Assembly (NCBI GenBank): GCA_963764165.1
Contig: CAVXRD010000002.1
Span: 2,880,001-2,944,000, forward strand
Length of the DNA: 64,000 nt
Direction: 5' to 3'
From: an uncultured Verrucomicrobiae bacterium
GTDB lineage: Bacteria; Verrucomicrobiota; Verrucomicrobiia; Limisphaerales; Palsa-1400
In this document: positions 42,032 to 52,100 of the stretch, piece after piece
Layout of the letters: each line of letters opens with the position of its first letter
Position numbering within the stretch: the first letter of the stretch is position 1
The notes under the pieces: generated by a model
Seen by the model: the letters and a program-made list of their open reading frames with translations, nothing else
What the model was told of the DNA's origin: nothing
Database searches by the model: none
Translations under genes and position numbers: made by a program

Positions 42032-43291
42032 CTAAGGTGCCGATTCCGCGCTTGGAGGTTGTTGCAATTTGCCTCGGCGCGAGCGGTCTGCAAACCACGT
42101 GACGCACAGAATCACGAAACTGATTCCCGCGCCGATGGGCATGACCTTAAGCAATGCGTCAGGCGTAGTGCCAAAATTCAGCAGGCAAATCCAATAGGTC
42201 AATCCAGCCGCTCCATACAGCAACGCGATTTTGAAGGTCCGGTCCGCCAAGCTCCACATGCCAACCGCCTGATTGAGCCCAATCAATACCATCGAGAGAG
42301 AAAACGGGATGAGCATATCGGCCGCGACATGGTTCTCAGCGTTGCCAAACCATCGGACAAGCTGATTCCTCATGACGATGATGCCGCAAGCGCAGGCAGC
42401 GAGCCCGCCCGCATACAATGCCAATAAAATTCGCTGATCCGACCGCGCCGAGCCTTCCTTGCTGCCGGAGCGGGAAGTGAATGTCACCCACAGCAGCGGC
42501 AACACGGTCATTGGAATGGCGCGGGCGAATTTGGACGCCATCTGGTAATTATCCATAGCCGCTCCCGAAAAGTACTTCTTGGAAACAAGGCTGTCACCGG
42601 TGCCAAAAAAACATGTCCCTGCAACCGTTGCGCCGGTGACGATCAAAAACCGGACGAACTCGGGCGTCCATGGAGAGATGGGTTTAGCCGGATGCCGGAA
42701 AATGTCCTTCCACCAGTAAAACAGAATGAAAGTGGCCAATAACGCCGCGAGGTTGGAGATCAGCCCAGAAGCGGCAGACGGATATTTCTGCGTGACCAAA
42801 ATAATGAATGCTATGCGAAAACACACACCCAGGCCGTTGATGACGGCCAGGCGTTTGAACCACGCCATCCCCTGGCACAACGCCACTGCCAGCCCCGACC
42901 AGCATCCAACGAGGAAAAGCCCCATGATCACCTGCATCAGGCGCTGATTCTTAAAGCCGAAGAAAAGGCCAAGAGGCTGCCATAAACCCAACGCCAAAAC
43001 GGAACCGCCGATGGTCGCCCAAAACAGCAGCTTCTGGCATCCCGCCAGCAAGCCTTGCAACCGCGCGTCATCGCTCTTGGATCGGAAATGAGCGATATAA
43101 TGGATCACGGACGTTGTGAGCATTTGCAAAGGGAGGCCGAGCAGCGTTGCATAATCCGCCGCCGTGTTGGCTTCGCCAAAATCACCCGTTCCCACCAGGT
43201 ATCTTTTCAGCAGCGAACTGCAAAGCATGTTGCCGACTCCGACGCCCAAGCTCAGAATCGACCAAATAACACCACTGCGCCATAACTTCAC
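42032..43291 (-). CDS. polysaccharide flippase / MATE-like membrane protein
   Basis: About 12 hydrophobic helices with Wzx-like spacing; GTG start 7 nt after TTGACA-N17-CATAAC. Confidence 0.7.
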   Translation of the reverse strand: MKLWRSGVIWSILSLGVGVGNMLCSSLLKRYLVGTGDFGEANTAADYATLLGLPLQMLTTSVIHYIAHFRSKSDDARLQGLLAGCQKLLFWATIGGSVLALGLWQPLGLFFGFKNQRLMQVIMGLFLVGCWSGLAVALCQGMAWFKRLAVINGLGVCFRIAFIILVTQKYPSAASGLISNLAALLATFILFYWWKDIFRHPAKPISPWTPEFVRFLIVTGATVAGTCFFGTGDSLVSKKYFSGAAMDNYQMASKFARAIPMTVLPLLWVTFTSRSGSKEGSARSDQRILLALYAGGLAACACGIIVMRNQLVRWFGNAENHVAADMLIPFSLSMVLIGLNQAVGMWSLADRTFKIALLYGAAGLTYWICLLNFGTTPDALLKVMPIGAGISFVILCVTWFADRSRRGKLQQPPSAESAP

Positions 43292-43482
43292 GGTGCCGGT
43301 TATGCGTGCCCGTCCCGCGAGTGTCAACGCCAAAGGGGATTTGATTGGATTGCGTTTGATGAGGATAGGACCAATGCGACGAATAAGACGTATGAACCGC
43401 GCGGCTGGCAAATCGACGGCCTCTCTCCGCCATGCCACTATATTGAATACAACCAAATCGCCATCGTCGGTGTTATGACAGC

Positions 43483-45120
43483 ATGAAAAATCGATTTTTG
43501 CCCGGTTACGCATGGCTTGTGGCCCTGGGATCGGGCGTCGTTTTGTTGATTGGCGCTCTGGCCCGGTTTGATACCGCCGCTCCCGTTCCGCCCTCAAACG
43601 CTGCTCCCAACCCTTTGCAGGTCGCTCAAGAAGATTCGGCTGCCGAGGCGCCGCCGACGGATCATCCGCTGCCTTCCGACCTTTCACCGGGAATAGGAGA
43701 CATCATTAAGCTGGCACAAGCGCATGTGGATGAAGGGGTTATGATCGCCTTCATCAAGAGCTCCGGGCACGTGTTCACTCCGACGGCGGATGAGATCCTT
43801 TATTTAGCCGACCTTGGCCTGTCCCAGCGCGTGATCGGGGCGATAGTCGACACCGCTGCGCCGACCCAAATCGCGCAAGCGACGCAAATCCCCGCCAGCG
43901 GCCCGCCGATGCCGATGACGGCAACGTCCATGGCAGAACCGCCAACCGCCCAGCCGGAACCGCCGCCCGCCGTGGCCGAATCGCAGGCTGACGCAAACGC
44001 CGGGGTGTTTTTTGACAGCCTGTCGCCTTACGGCACATGGTCGCAGCAGCCCGGTTATGGCCAGGTCTGGAAGCCAACCGTCGAGACGATCGACTCGAAT
44101 TGGACGCCGTATGTGGATGCGGGGCAATGGCTTTACTCGGATAGCGGCTGGTATTGGCAGTCCGATTACACCTGGGGCTGGGCGCCTTACCATTACGGGC
44201 GCTGGGTGAATCTAGCCAAGCAGGGGTGGGTTTGGACGCCCGGAAATATCTGGTCGCCCGCGTGGGTGACTTGGCGGGTCAGCGGCTCGTTCGTTGGCTG
44301 GGCGCCGCTGCCGCCCGGCGTGAGCCTCAATGTGCTGGCGCAATTGACCTACAACAGCAAACCCGTGGGCGCGAATTTCCTCTTTGGCCTGCCGAGCTCG
44401 GCCTTTACCTTCGTCAACATCAGCAGCTTGACCAAACGCCGCCTGCCCACCCGTGTTGCGCCGGCGAAAATGGCTGGAGAATTGATCCGAACAAGCGTGA
44501 GCGTAGACAATTATTCCATCGTCAAGAATAGGATTTTCAATGCCGGTGTCGACATCGAAAAAGTCTCTTCCAAAGCGCTGGTGACGCAAGTGACGTTGCG
44601 GGCGACTTCCTCCCTCGATTCGGCGGGATTGGCCAAGGACAAAAAGACGCTGGCGGTTTATGTGCCGCCTGTGACTTCCCCAGCCCCCTCAAGCGCGGCG
44701 GAAATGGCGGATGCGGAACGCTCGCGCGGCGAATCCTCGGCGGAAACAGCGCTCGCCCGGCCTTCATCGCCCGCGCCGGGGTTGGAAGGATACGGACAGG
44801 GACCGTCGCCATTGCCGCCGCTCCGGTATTCGCACGGCCTGAATCCAAATCGCAGCCCTGCTTATAATCGTTTTGCCGCAGAATCCCCGGCGCCCGAGCA
44901 GCGTTGGCAAAATGGGCCGGGAGCGTTCGCCAACGAGGAGCGTTCTGGTGGCCCCTCGCACCACGCCGAGGATGAAAGTCGCGCTCCAACTCATCCGCCA
45001 GAACCACCCCGCGCCGCTCCCGAGAGCCATCCGAGCCCGCCGCCAGCGGAGCCGGCGCGCACGGCCGCGGCTTCAGCCTCACCGGCCTCGTCGTCGAGCA
45101 GTTCGAAGACTGGAAAATAG
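43483..45120 (+). CDS. DUF6600-like Trp-rich exported protein with Pro-rich tail
   Basis: LSPYGTW...WKP...WTPY...GQW...WGWAPYHYGRW...WSPAWVTW...GWAPLPP. Confidence 0.8.
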   Translation: MKNRFLPGYAWLVALGSGVVLLIGALARFDTAAPVPPSNAAPNPLQVAQEDSAAEAPPTDHPLPSDLSPGIGDIIKLAQAHVDEGVMIAFIKSSGHVFTPTADEILYLADLGLSQRVIGAIVDTAAPTQIAQATQIPASGPPMPMTATSMAEPPTAQPEPPPAVAESQADANAGVFFDSLSPYGTWSQQPGYGQVWKPTVETIDSNWTPYVDAGQWLYSDSGWYWQSDYTWGWAPYHYGRWVNLAKQGWVWTPGNIWSPAWVTWRVSGSFVGWAPLPPGVSLNVLAQLTYNSKPVGANFLFGLPSSAFTFVNISSLTKRRLPTRVAPAKMAGELIRTSVSVDNYSIVKNRIFNAGVDIEKVSSKALVTQVTLRATSSLDSAGLAKDKKTLAVYVPPVTSPAPSSAAEMADAERSRGESSAETALARPSSPAPGLEGYGQGPSPLPPLRYSHGLNPNRSPAYNRFAAESPAPEQRWQNGPGAFANEERSGGPSHHAEDESRAPTHPPEPPRAAPESHPSPPPAEPARTAAASASPASSSSSSKTGK

Positions 45121-45218
45121 CCGAAGCGCAATTCCGGCGATGGGAACGGATGGGAGTAATGGGAACTGGATGCGAATTGGAGTTTACACTCGCGCGGAGT
45201 GCGGGTAATTGATGAATC

Positions 45219-46466
45219 ATGAACACCGTTACTTCTTTGAAGACTGTCAAAAGCAAAGTCCGCCCGCTCGTGGAAGGGGCTTTGGGCGAAACGGGCGGGC
45301 TGCTTCGGCTGGCTCCGTGCTGGGTGCCGCGGTCTTTCTTGCAGCCGGGCAAACGCCTCAAGCTGCACCCCGACGATCTTTATGCGTTTGGCCTGAACCG
45401 CGGCGGCATCGACGAACGCTGGTTCGCCTCGACCACTCCCGCCGCCAACGAAAATCGCACGCCGGACGAGGGCCTCAGCTACGTGGTCGCGGGAAAGCAG
45501 CGGTTCACTTTGCAGCAGGCGGTGGCGGAATGCGGCGCGGCGCTCATCGGCGAGAGCATTTGGCGCAAATACAAACGGTGGCCGGTCTATTCCAAGTTCT
45601 TCGACAACATGGGCCCGATTCCGCATCATCTGCATCAAAATTCCAGGCAGGCGGCGCTGGTTGGATTGGAAGGCAAACCAGAATCTTACTATTTTCCGCC
45701 GCAACATAACAATGTCGGCAACAATTTTCCCTACACGTTCATGGGCTTGGAGCCCGGCACGACCAAGGCCGATGTGCGCCGCTGTTTGGAGAATTGGAAT
45801 AAAGGCGACAATGGCATCCTTGACTTGAGCCGCGCCTATCGCCTGAAGCCCGGCACTGGCTGGCTCATCCCGCCGTGCATTCTTCATGCGCCCGGTTCGC
45901 TCTGCACCTACGAGCCGCAATGGGGCAGCGACGTTTTCGGCATGTATCAATCGCTGGTGGAAGGCCGCGAAGTGCCGTGGTCGCTCCTGGTCAAGGACGT
46001 CCCGAAGAAATATCACAAAGACCTTGATTACCTCGTCGAGCAATTGGATTGGGAAGGAAACGTCGACGAGCATTTCAAGGACAACCATTTTCTCACGCCG
46101 CGCCCGGTGGCGCATCCGCAGAGCGAAGGCTGCGCGGACCGGTGGATTGTTTACGGCAAAGTCGATGGCCAGCAGCTTTTCAGCGCGAAGGAATTGACGC
46201 TCGAGCCCGGCGCGAAATGCACCATCAAAGATGGTGGCGCTTACGGTCTCATCACTGTGCAAGGCAAAGGCAAGATGAATAATCTAACGCTCGATTGCCC
46301 GAAGCTGATCCGTTTCCACGAATTGACTGAGGACGAAGTCTTCTGCACTGAAGCCGCCGCCAAGGCCGGCGTGACGTTTGAGAATACGAGCGACGTCGAA
46401 CCACTTGTCACCCTCCGCTACTTTGGCCCCGAGGCCAATCCAGATGCGCCGGATTTGCATGGGTAA
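45219..46466 (+). CDS. cupin-fold protein, phosphomannose-isomerase-like
   Basis: DERW, KFFD...IPHHLHQ, KPESYYF, LHAPG, YEPQWGSD resemble type I PMI metal ligands. Confidence 0.65.
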   Translation: MNTVTSLKTVKSKVRPLVEGALGETGGLLRLAPCWVPRSFLQPGKRLKLHPDDLYAFGLNRGGIDERWFASTTPAANENRTPDEGLSYVVAGKQRFTLQQAVAECGAALIGESIWRKYKRWPVYSKFFDNMGPIPHHLHQNSRQAALVGLEGKPESYYFPPQHNNVGNNFPYTFMGLEPGTTKADVRRCLENWNKGDNGILDLSRAYRLKPGTGWLIPPCILHAPGSLCTYEPQWGSDVFGMYQSLVEGREVPWSLLVKDVPKKYHKDLDYLVEQLDWEGNVDEHFKDNHFLTPRPVAHPQSEGCADRWIVYGKVDGQQLFSAKELTLEPGAKCTIKDGGAYGLITVQGKGKMNNLTLDCPKLIRFHELTEDEVFCTEAAAKAGVTFENTSDVEPLVTLRYFGPEANPDAPDLHG

Positions 46467-46475
46467 GCCGGAATG

Positions 46476-46560
46476 AGCCACAGAAGGACACAGATCAACA
46501 AAGATAAACCGGAAGGCACTCTATTCAAAAATCTGTGTTGATCTGTGTGCATCTGTGGCT
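46476..46560. repeat. inverted repeat with 10-nt periodic arms (CACAGAT type)
   Basis: agccacagaaggacacagatcaacaaagat vs atctgtgttgatctgtgtgcatctgtggct. Confidence 0.75.
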
Positions 46561-46601
46561 GCTTTAGCACAGGAACTCGGGATCCAAAGTGGTCTTGGCC
46601 G

Positions 46602-47204
46602 CTATGGCAGCTTATGCGTGTGCGACCGCATCTTGCAGCTCGGCGGCTGGCCGACTGGGTTGAGGTCATAGCTGTTGGTGAATTCGTTCAAGCCATCATC
46701 GGGACACGACGGCATGAGGTCTCCTTTGCCGCAACCAATATAGGCGCGCAACTCAACCGCAGTTAACGTGTCTCCTTCGTTTTTGTGGTTTTCCAGCGCC
46801 CATTGGTTTTTGGCAGAGTCGATCAGGCGGAGATTGTTGACACATGCGTTTTGGCGCGACACAGCGTCCGCCCGTGCCAGATTCTGAAACGGATTAACGA
46901 AGCCCGCCGTCAGAGCGCACACAAAAACAAAGCAATAGGCCGCCCCCCGCGAAGGAGATGTTCGGCGCTTGATTTCCAATACCAGCATCGCTGCGGCGAT
47001 AAGCGCAAACACTCTGTTCGCAATAGAAAGCACCCCCGCGATCCTGGGCAAACTTTGAATGTCGGAGTGATAGGCCGCCCAATAGATTCGGCCCTCGGCT
47101 ATGAGCGAGCCGAGACTAAGGACAACCAGCCATATCGGTAGCCACCGAATCCAGCCGGCGACTCGGCCCGAATTGCTTTTCAAATCAAAGGGATGTTCCA
47201 GCAT
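46602..47204 (-). CDS. membrane protein with pseudopilin-like C-terminal domain
   Basis: Three TM helices, then NACVNNLRLIDSAKNQWALE...CP...Y...PSC...H.LP. Confidence 0.65.
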   Translation of the reverse strand: MLEHPFDLKSNSGRVAGWIRWLPIWLVVLSLGSLIAEGRIYWAAYHSDIQSLPRIAGVLSIANRVFALIAAAMLVLEIKRRTSPSRGAAYCFVFVCALTAGFVNPFQNLARADAVSRQNACVNNLRLIDSAKNQWALENHKNEGDTLTAVELRAYIGCGKGDLMPSCPDDGLNEFTNSYDLNPVGQPPSCKMRSHTHKLP

Positions 47205-47307
47205 TTTGATCCAAACCCCGCGTTTTAATATAGGTTTCGCCCGAGAGAAAATATCCCCACCTTGACTATTGTTTTCGCCGTGGAACGTTTGCGCTGCAAG
47301 GAGCACT

Positions 47308-48000
47308 TTGAAACGCGCATTCACATTGGTTGAGTTGTTAGTCGTCATCGCAATTATTGCTGTGCTCGCGGCGTTGCTTTTGCCGAGCCTGGTCCAGGGC
47401 AAGGAAGGCGCGAAACGGACGGCCTGCCGCAGCAATCTTCACCAACTGACCCTCGCCTTGCACACGTATGGCGATGATCAGCGTGATCTCCTGCCACCCG
47501 GCCTTTGCGATTATGGGTTTGATTATCCACCCGTCGTTTCGACGAACACCTGGCAGATTTTCAAGCAATACATTGGGAATCCGGCGGCCATTGGCTGCCC
47601 TGGGCTTCCCAAGCCGTTCGTCATGGGTGGGTTTTCCATGCCGCCATATGGCTACGTTCTTGGATTCGTTTATCTGGGCGGGCATACGAACATTTCAGAG
47701 CCGCCGGAAATGTCGTGGATTTCGCCGCTGAAATTCACCGACCCCGGCTCGCTTGCGCTTTTGATCGATATGAATGTGTGGTCGCCCGGGTATCAATCCG
47801 TCGCCCCGCATGGCGCCAACGGCCCCATTGTCCAGAACGGCGACGCGTCGAACCCCAACGCTGAAGGCGCGACACCAAAGGAACTCGGCGGCCTCGGCGG
47901 CAATATCGCCACGCTCGATGGCGCTGTGGCGTGGAAGCAAATCAACCAGATGAAATCGTATCAGCTTTCATCGGACGCCGCCGTATTTGGGAATTGGTAG
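47308..48000 (+). CDS. prepilin-type N-terminal methylation domain protein
   Basis: AAGGAG RBS, TTG start, [47 protein letters not shown]. Confidence 0.88.
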   Translation: MKRAFTLVELLVVIAIIAVLAALLLPSLVQGKEGAKRTACRSNLHQLTLALHTYGDDQRDLLPPGLCDYGFDYPPVVSTNTWQIFKQYIGNPAAIGCPGLPKPFVMGGFSMPPYGYVLGFVYLGGHTNISEPPEMSWISPLKFTDPGSLALLIDMNVWSPGYQSVAPHGANGPIVQNGDASNPNAEGATPKELGGLGGNIATLDGAVAWKQINQMKSYQLSSDAAVFGNW

Positions 48001-48022
48001 CGTTGTTGAAAAAGCATAGAAC

Positions 48023-48472
48023 TCACGGCTGCTGGCGCGTGCCCTCCAATATCTCAACCTCCTCGCCGTTGGGAAAAACTCGCCAGCGGTATGGCGGCAT
48101 CTCTGTCAACTGCACGGCATCAAGTTCCTCGATCCCTTGCAAAAATGCTTTGCAAATGCGGTGCCAGCCATCCAGAACCTCGCCGTCGGGGGAAAGAATA
48201 ATGGGGTAACTCAAATCAGCCGCAAAGATGTCCCGCGCATGCTCCGCGACGGCGCGGCAAGTCGGCAAAACATTCATGCCTCCTCCGAACCATCGAACCT
48301 CGTCGAAACCTTTGATCTCACTCAGCCGGACTTTTTTCGGCGCGAGACCGCCAGCCAAATCCCACAATGGCTGCATTCGGAAAAAGCGCATTGAGCCATC
48401 CGGCCCCGGTGGCTCGCACGAACGCCGCGCCGCGGCGCGCTCGTTTCGCGTTTTGTTTCCGCTCTCGTTCAT
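48023..48472 (-). CDS. stand-alone ParB/Srx-like domain protein
   Basis: ADLSYPIILSPDGEVLDGWHRICKA. Confidence 0.7.
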   Translation of the reverse strand: MNESGNKTRNERAAARRSCEPPGPDGSMRFFRMQPLWDLAGGLAPKKVRLSEIKGFDEVRWFGGGMNVLPTCRAVAEHARDIFAADLSYPIILSPDGEVLDGWHRICKAFLQGIEELDAVQLTEMPPYRWRVFPNGEEVEILEGTRQQP

Positions 48473-48537
48473 GGCTCGAAAGCAATGACGCTACTTCATC
48501 AACCGTATGTTTGTCACGGCCAGCAAATCCGGATGGA

Positions 48538-48702
48538 TGAATCAGGAACGGCCGAACCCAGGAAAAGAGGCCTGGGGCATTTCCCAAGCAATGGGAAATA
48601 ATGTGAATTGAGGGATCGATGAAAACCTTGCAAGGACTTGAATTAACGATGGCATGACGCCAGCTTTGGCCTCATTTCCCGAGTTCGGTCGTTCCTGATT
48701 CA
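48538..48702. repeat. MITE/REPIN-like element with 35-bp terminal inverted repeats
   Basis: tgaatcaggaacggccgaacccaggaaaagaggcc vs ggcctcatttcccgagttcggtcgttcctgattca; related to 57931-58030. Confidence 0.75.
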
Positions 48703-49127
48703 ATTTTCTCCAATATTTCTTCAAAAATCGTGCTGAAAAACCTCCGGTAGGTTTTCTGTTTCTCATCGGATGTGCCAGAACGCTCGCATGAAAATGAATT
48801 TGATGGCGAGGGTCGGTTTGAGTGGGACGAACGGCACGGGGCAAAACACAGAGTCGCGCGGGAGCATGGCGTTCCTTGGCAAACGCCACTATGGCCGCGC
48901 CGAAGAGCCCCCTCCCGTTGGGAGCTTTGAAATATGGCCAGCTCGATTAGAGAATCAGTATCACCCAGTCGCAGCAAATCGCACCAAATCGCACCTGTTT
49001 TTTGAAAATGCCAGTGCTCTCAAAGGCATCGCCGCGCCCGGATTTCCTTTGGTGCTGGCGGGCAGGTTGTGGCATTCTGCGTCCGTCCGGACGGAATGAA
49101 TTTGCCCGGCGCACTGAATTCAAGGAC

Positions 49128-52100
49128 GTGAAAAAGTTTTATTTGACTCTGGCCTCGGCGCTCTGCTTTTGCGCGCTGGCGCCATGGACCGGCGGAGAAC
49201 CCGCTTCGCCCACGAATTCCCCGGCCCGCCACAAGGTTCAGATCACCGATCTCCGGCTGGCGCCGCAGGTGACGCGCGCCGGCGCGCGATTGATTGCCGA
49301 TTACGGCAGCTACCAGCTCTATGACGCGCCAGCCGATCTTCCGTCTCTGCCTGCCGAGAGCGCGGAATTGCGGGACGAATACAACCTCATCCACCTCAAC
49401 GCCGGCGAACTCGATACGACCGCGAGCGATGTCAAAGCGATGAGCAAAACCATCGGCCCATTCTCGGGCAAGCGCATGCATCTGGTGCAATTCGCCGGGC
49501 CGGTGCGGCCGCAATGGCGGAAGGAGCTGCTGGACGCAGGTGTCGAGATCATCACCTACATTCCGAATAATGCGTATCTTGTTTACGGCGAAGCTGCGGA
49601 TCTAGCGCGTGTCCAAGGCTGGGCCGCCTCCGCCCCGCATGTGCAATGGGAGGGCGCGTATCAAGATGAATTTCGCATTCATCCCATGGCGCGGCCAGAA
49701 ACAGCCAGGTCCGATCAATTCGCGATTCAACTGGTGGCTGACGCCGCGGCCAATGCGAAGACGCTCCAGTTAATCGACCAGCTTAAGCTCGCCCCAGTTT
49801 CACGGAACCGCCATGTGTTGAATTACGTCAACCTTGTCGTTCACTTGACACCAGCGGACGTGACCAAAATTGCGGCCATGCCGGACGTCGTTTCCATCCA
49901 GCCTTACGAAACGCCGCGCAAATTCGACGAGCGGCAGGACCAGATTGCCGCGGGAAATTTGAGCGGCTCGGCTCCGAGCGGCCCCGGCTATCTGGCGTGG
50001 CTGGCGAGCAAGGGTTTTACGCAGGCGCAATTCACCGCCTCGGGTTTGGTGGTGGATGTTTCCGACAGCGGCATTGATAATGGCACGACTTCGCCCAACC
50101 ACTTTGGATTGTATGCCGAGGGCATCATGGGCGGCGGAAACAGCCGCGTCGTTTACACGCGGCTGGAAGGAACTCCCAATCCCGGCAGCACGCTGGAGGG
50201 CTGTGACGGCCACGGAAATATCAACGCCCACATCGTGGGCGGCTACGACAATTCCAACAATCCCGGCTCTAGATTGGTGTTCGAGGACAAAGACGGCTAC
50301 CATTACGGATTGGGCGCCTGCCCGTTCGTTTCGCTCGGCTCCTCCGTGATTTTTGATCCGACCAATTGGACGGAACCCTCTTTCGAGAATCTGCTCTCGC
50401 AAGCTTATGAAAACGGTGTGCGCATCAGCAACAACAGCTGGGGTGACCAGGATGATGGGGATTGCCCGGCCGTGACAGGCGGCGCTTACAATATCGACAG
50501 CCAGGAATACGATGCGCTCGTCCGCGACTCCCAGCCCGGCGGCGCGCTTTACCCGGCCGCGGGCAACCAGGAAATGACCATCGTCTTTGCCGCCGGCAAC
50601 AACGGCCAATGCGGCGCGAAATCCGTCAGCGCGCCAGCCACGGGCAAAAACGTTATCGCCGTGGGCGCGGCCGACAGCGTCCAGCTTTTTGGAGGCAGCA
50701 ACGGCGGCGCGGATCTCGGCGGCGTCACCGATGGCATGGCTAAAAGCGCCAACGACATCGTTAATTTTTCCGGACGCGGCCCGTGCGCGGACGGCCGCAA
50801 AAAGCCGGATCTCGTCGCGCCGGGAACGCACATTAGCGGCGGCGCTCCGCAATCCAGTGATCCGGGCGCAACCGGGGCGGGCCTTGATTGTTTCCTGGCT
50901 AATACGGAGTACACCGTCGGCGTTGACGGCGGGCCGAACGGCAGTTTTTTCTTCCCAGTGGATGGCCAGCAATTTTACACCGCCTCGTCCGGCACGAGCC
51001 ATTCCACCCCATGCGTCGCCGGCGGCTGCGCGCTGGTGTGGCAATATTTCCTGAACCAGAATTTGCCCGCTCCCAGCCCCGCCATGGCCAAGGCCTGGCT
51101 GATGAACTCGGCCCGCTACCTTGATGGCTCGCTGGCGAAAGACTCGCTTTGGTCTGCCACCCAGGGGATGGGCGAAATGAATCTTGGGACGGCCTTCGAC
51201 GGAACGCCACGCATCCTCCGCGACGAAGACACAGGCGATCTTTTCACCGCCAGCGGCCAATCGCGCTCCTTCGCGGGCGCGGTGGCCGATGCCGCCAAGC
51301 CCTTCCGCGTCACGCTGGCGTGGACAGACGCCCCCGGCAACACAATCGGAGCCGCCTACAACAACGATCTCGACCTGACAGTGGCCGTCGGAGGCAAAAC
51401 TTACAAAGGCAATGTTTTCGCGGGCGCGAATTCGACCACCGGCGGCTCGGCCGATATCCGCGACAACGTGGAAAGCGTTTTTCTCCCGGCGGGCGCTTCT
51501 GGAAAATTCACCGTCACAGTCACGGCTACCAGCATCAACTCCCTGGCCGTGCCCGGGGCGGCGGGAGTCGTGAACCAGGATTTTGCGCTGGTCGTTTACA
51601 ACGCCGGCCAGACACCGGTTCTTGCTTCTGGCGGAGCGCAGTTGATGACCGAATCGTGCCAGCCAACGAATGGCGTCGCGGACCCGGGCGAAACTGTAAC
51701 AATGAATTTGACTTTGCAAAACGCAGGCACGGCGGGCACCACGAATTTGATGGCGACCTTGCTGGCTGGCAGCACCGTGTCCTCTCCCTCGGGCGCGCAG
51801 AGCTACGGCGTGATTTCGCCCGGCGGATCGGCCGCCATGCCGTTTTCATTCACCGCTTCCGGAAATTGCGGCGAGACGGCGACGGCGGCACTGCAGTTGC
51901 AGGATGGCTCGGCCAGCCTTGGCACCGTCACGTATAATTTTCCGCTCGGCCAGCTCGTCATCGCCACGAATTTCGCCGAGAATTTTGACGAGGCCACCGC
52001 GCCGAGCCTGCCGGACGGCTGGGGGACGAGCGATTTGCATTCCCGTGCCTCGTGGACCACGGAGGCAGGGATTGATTTCAGCGCGCCCAACGCGGTGTAT

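Noticed and set aside
48542..49099. ORFs in the intergenic region upstream of the S8 protease
   Set aside because: Overlap inverted repeats; no recognisable motifs
49800..51719. 639-aa antisense ORF
   Set aside because: Lies opposite the S8 protease catalytic domain; shadow ORF
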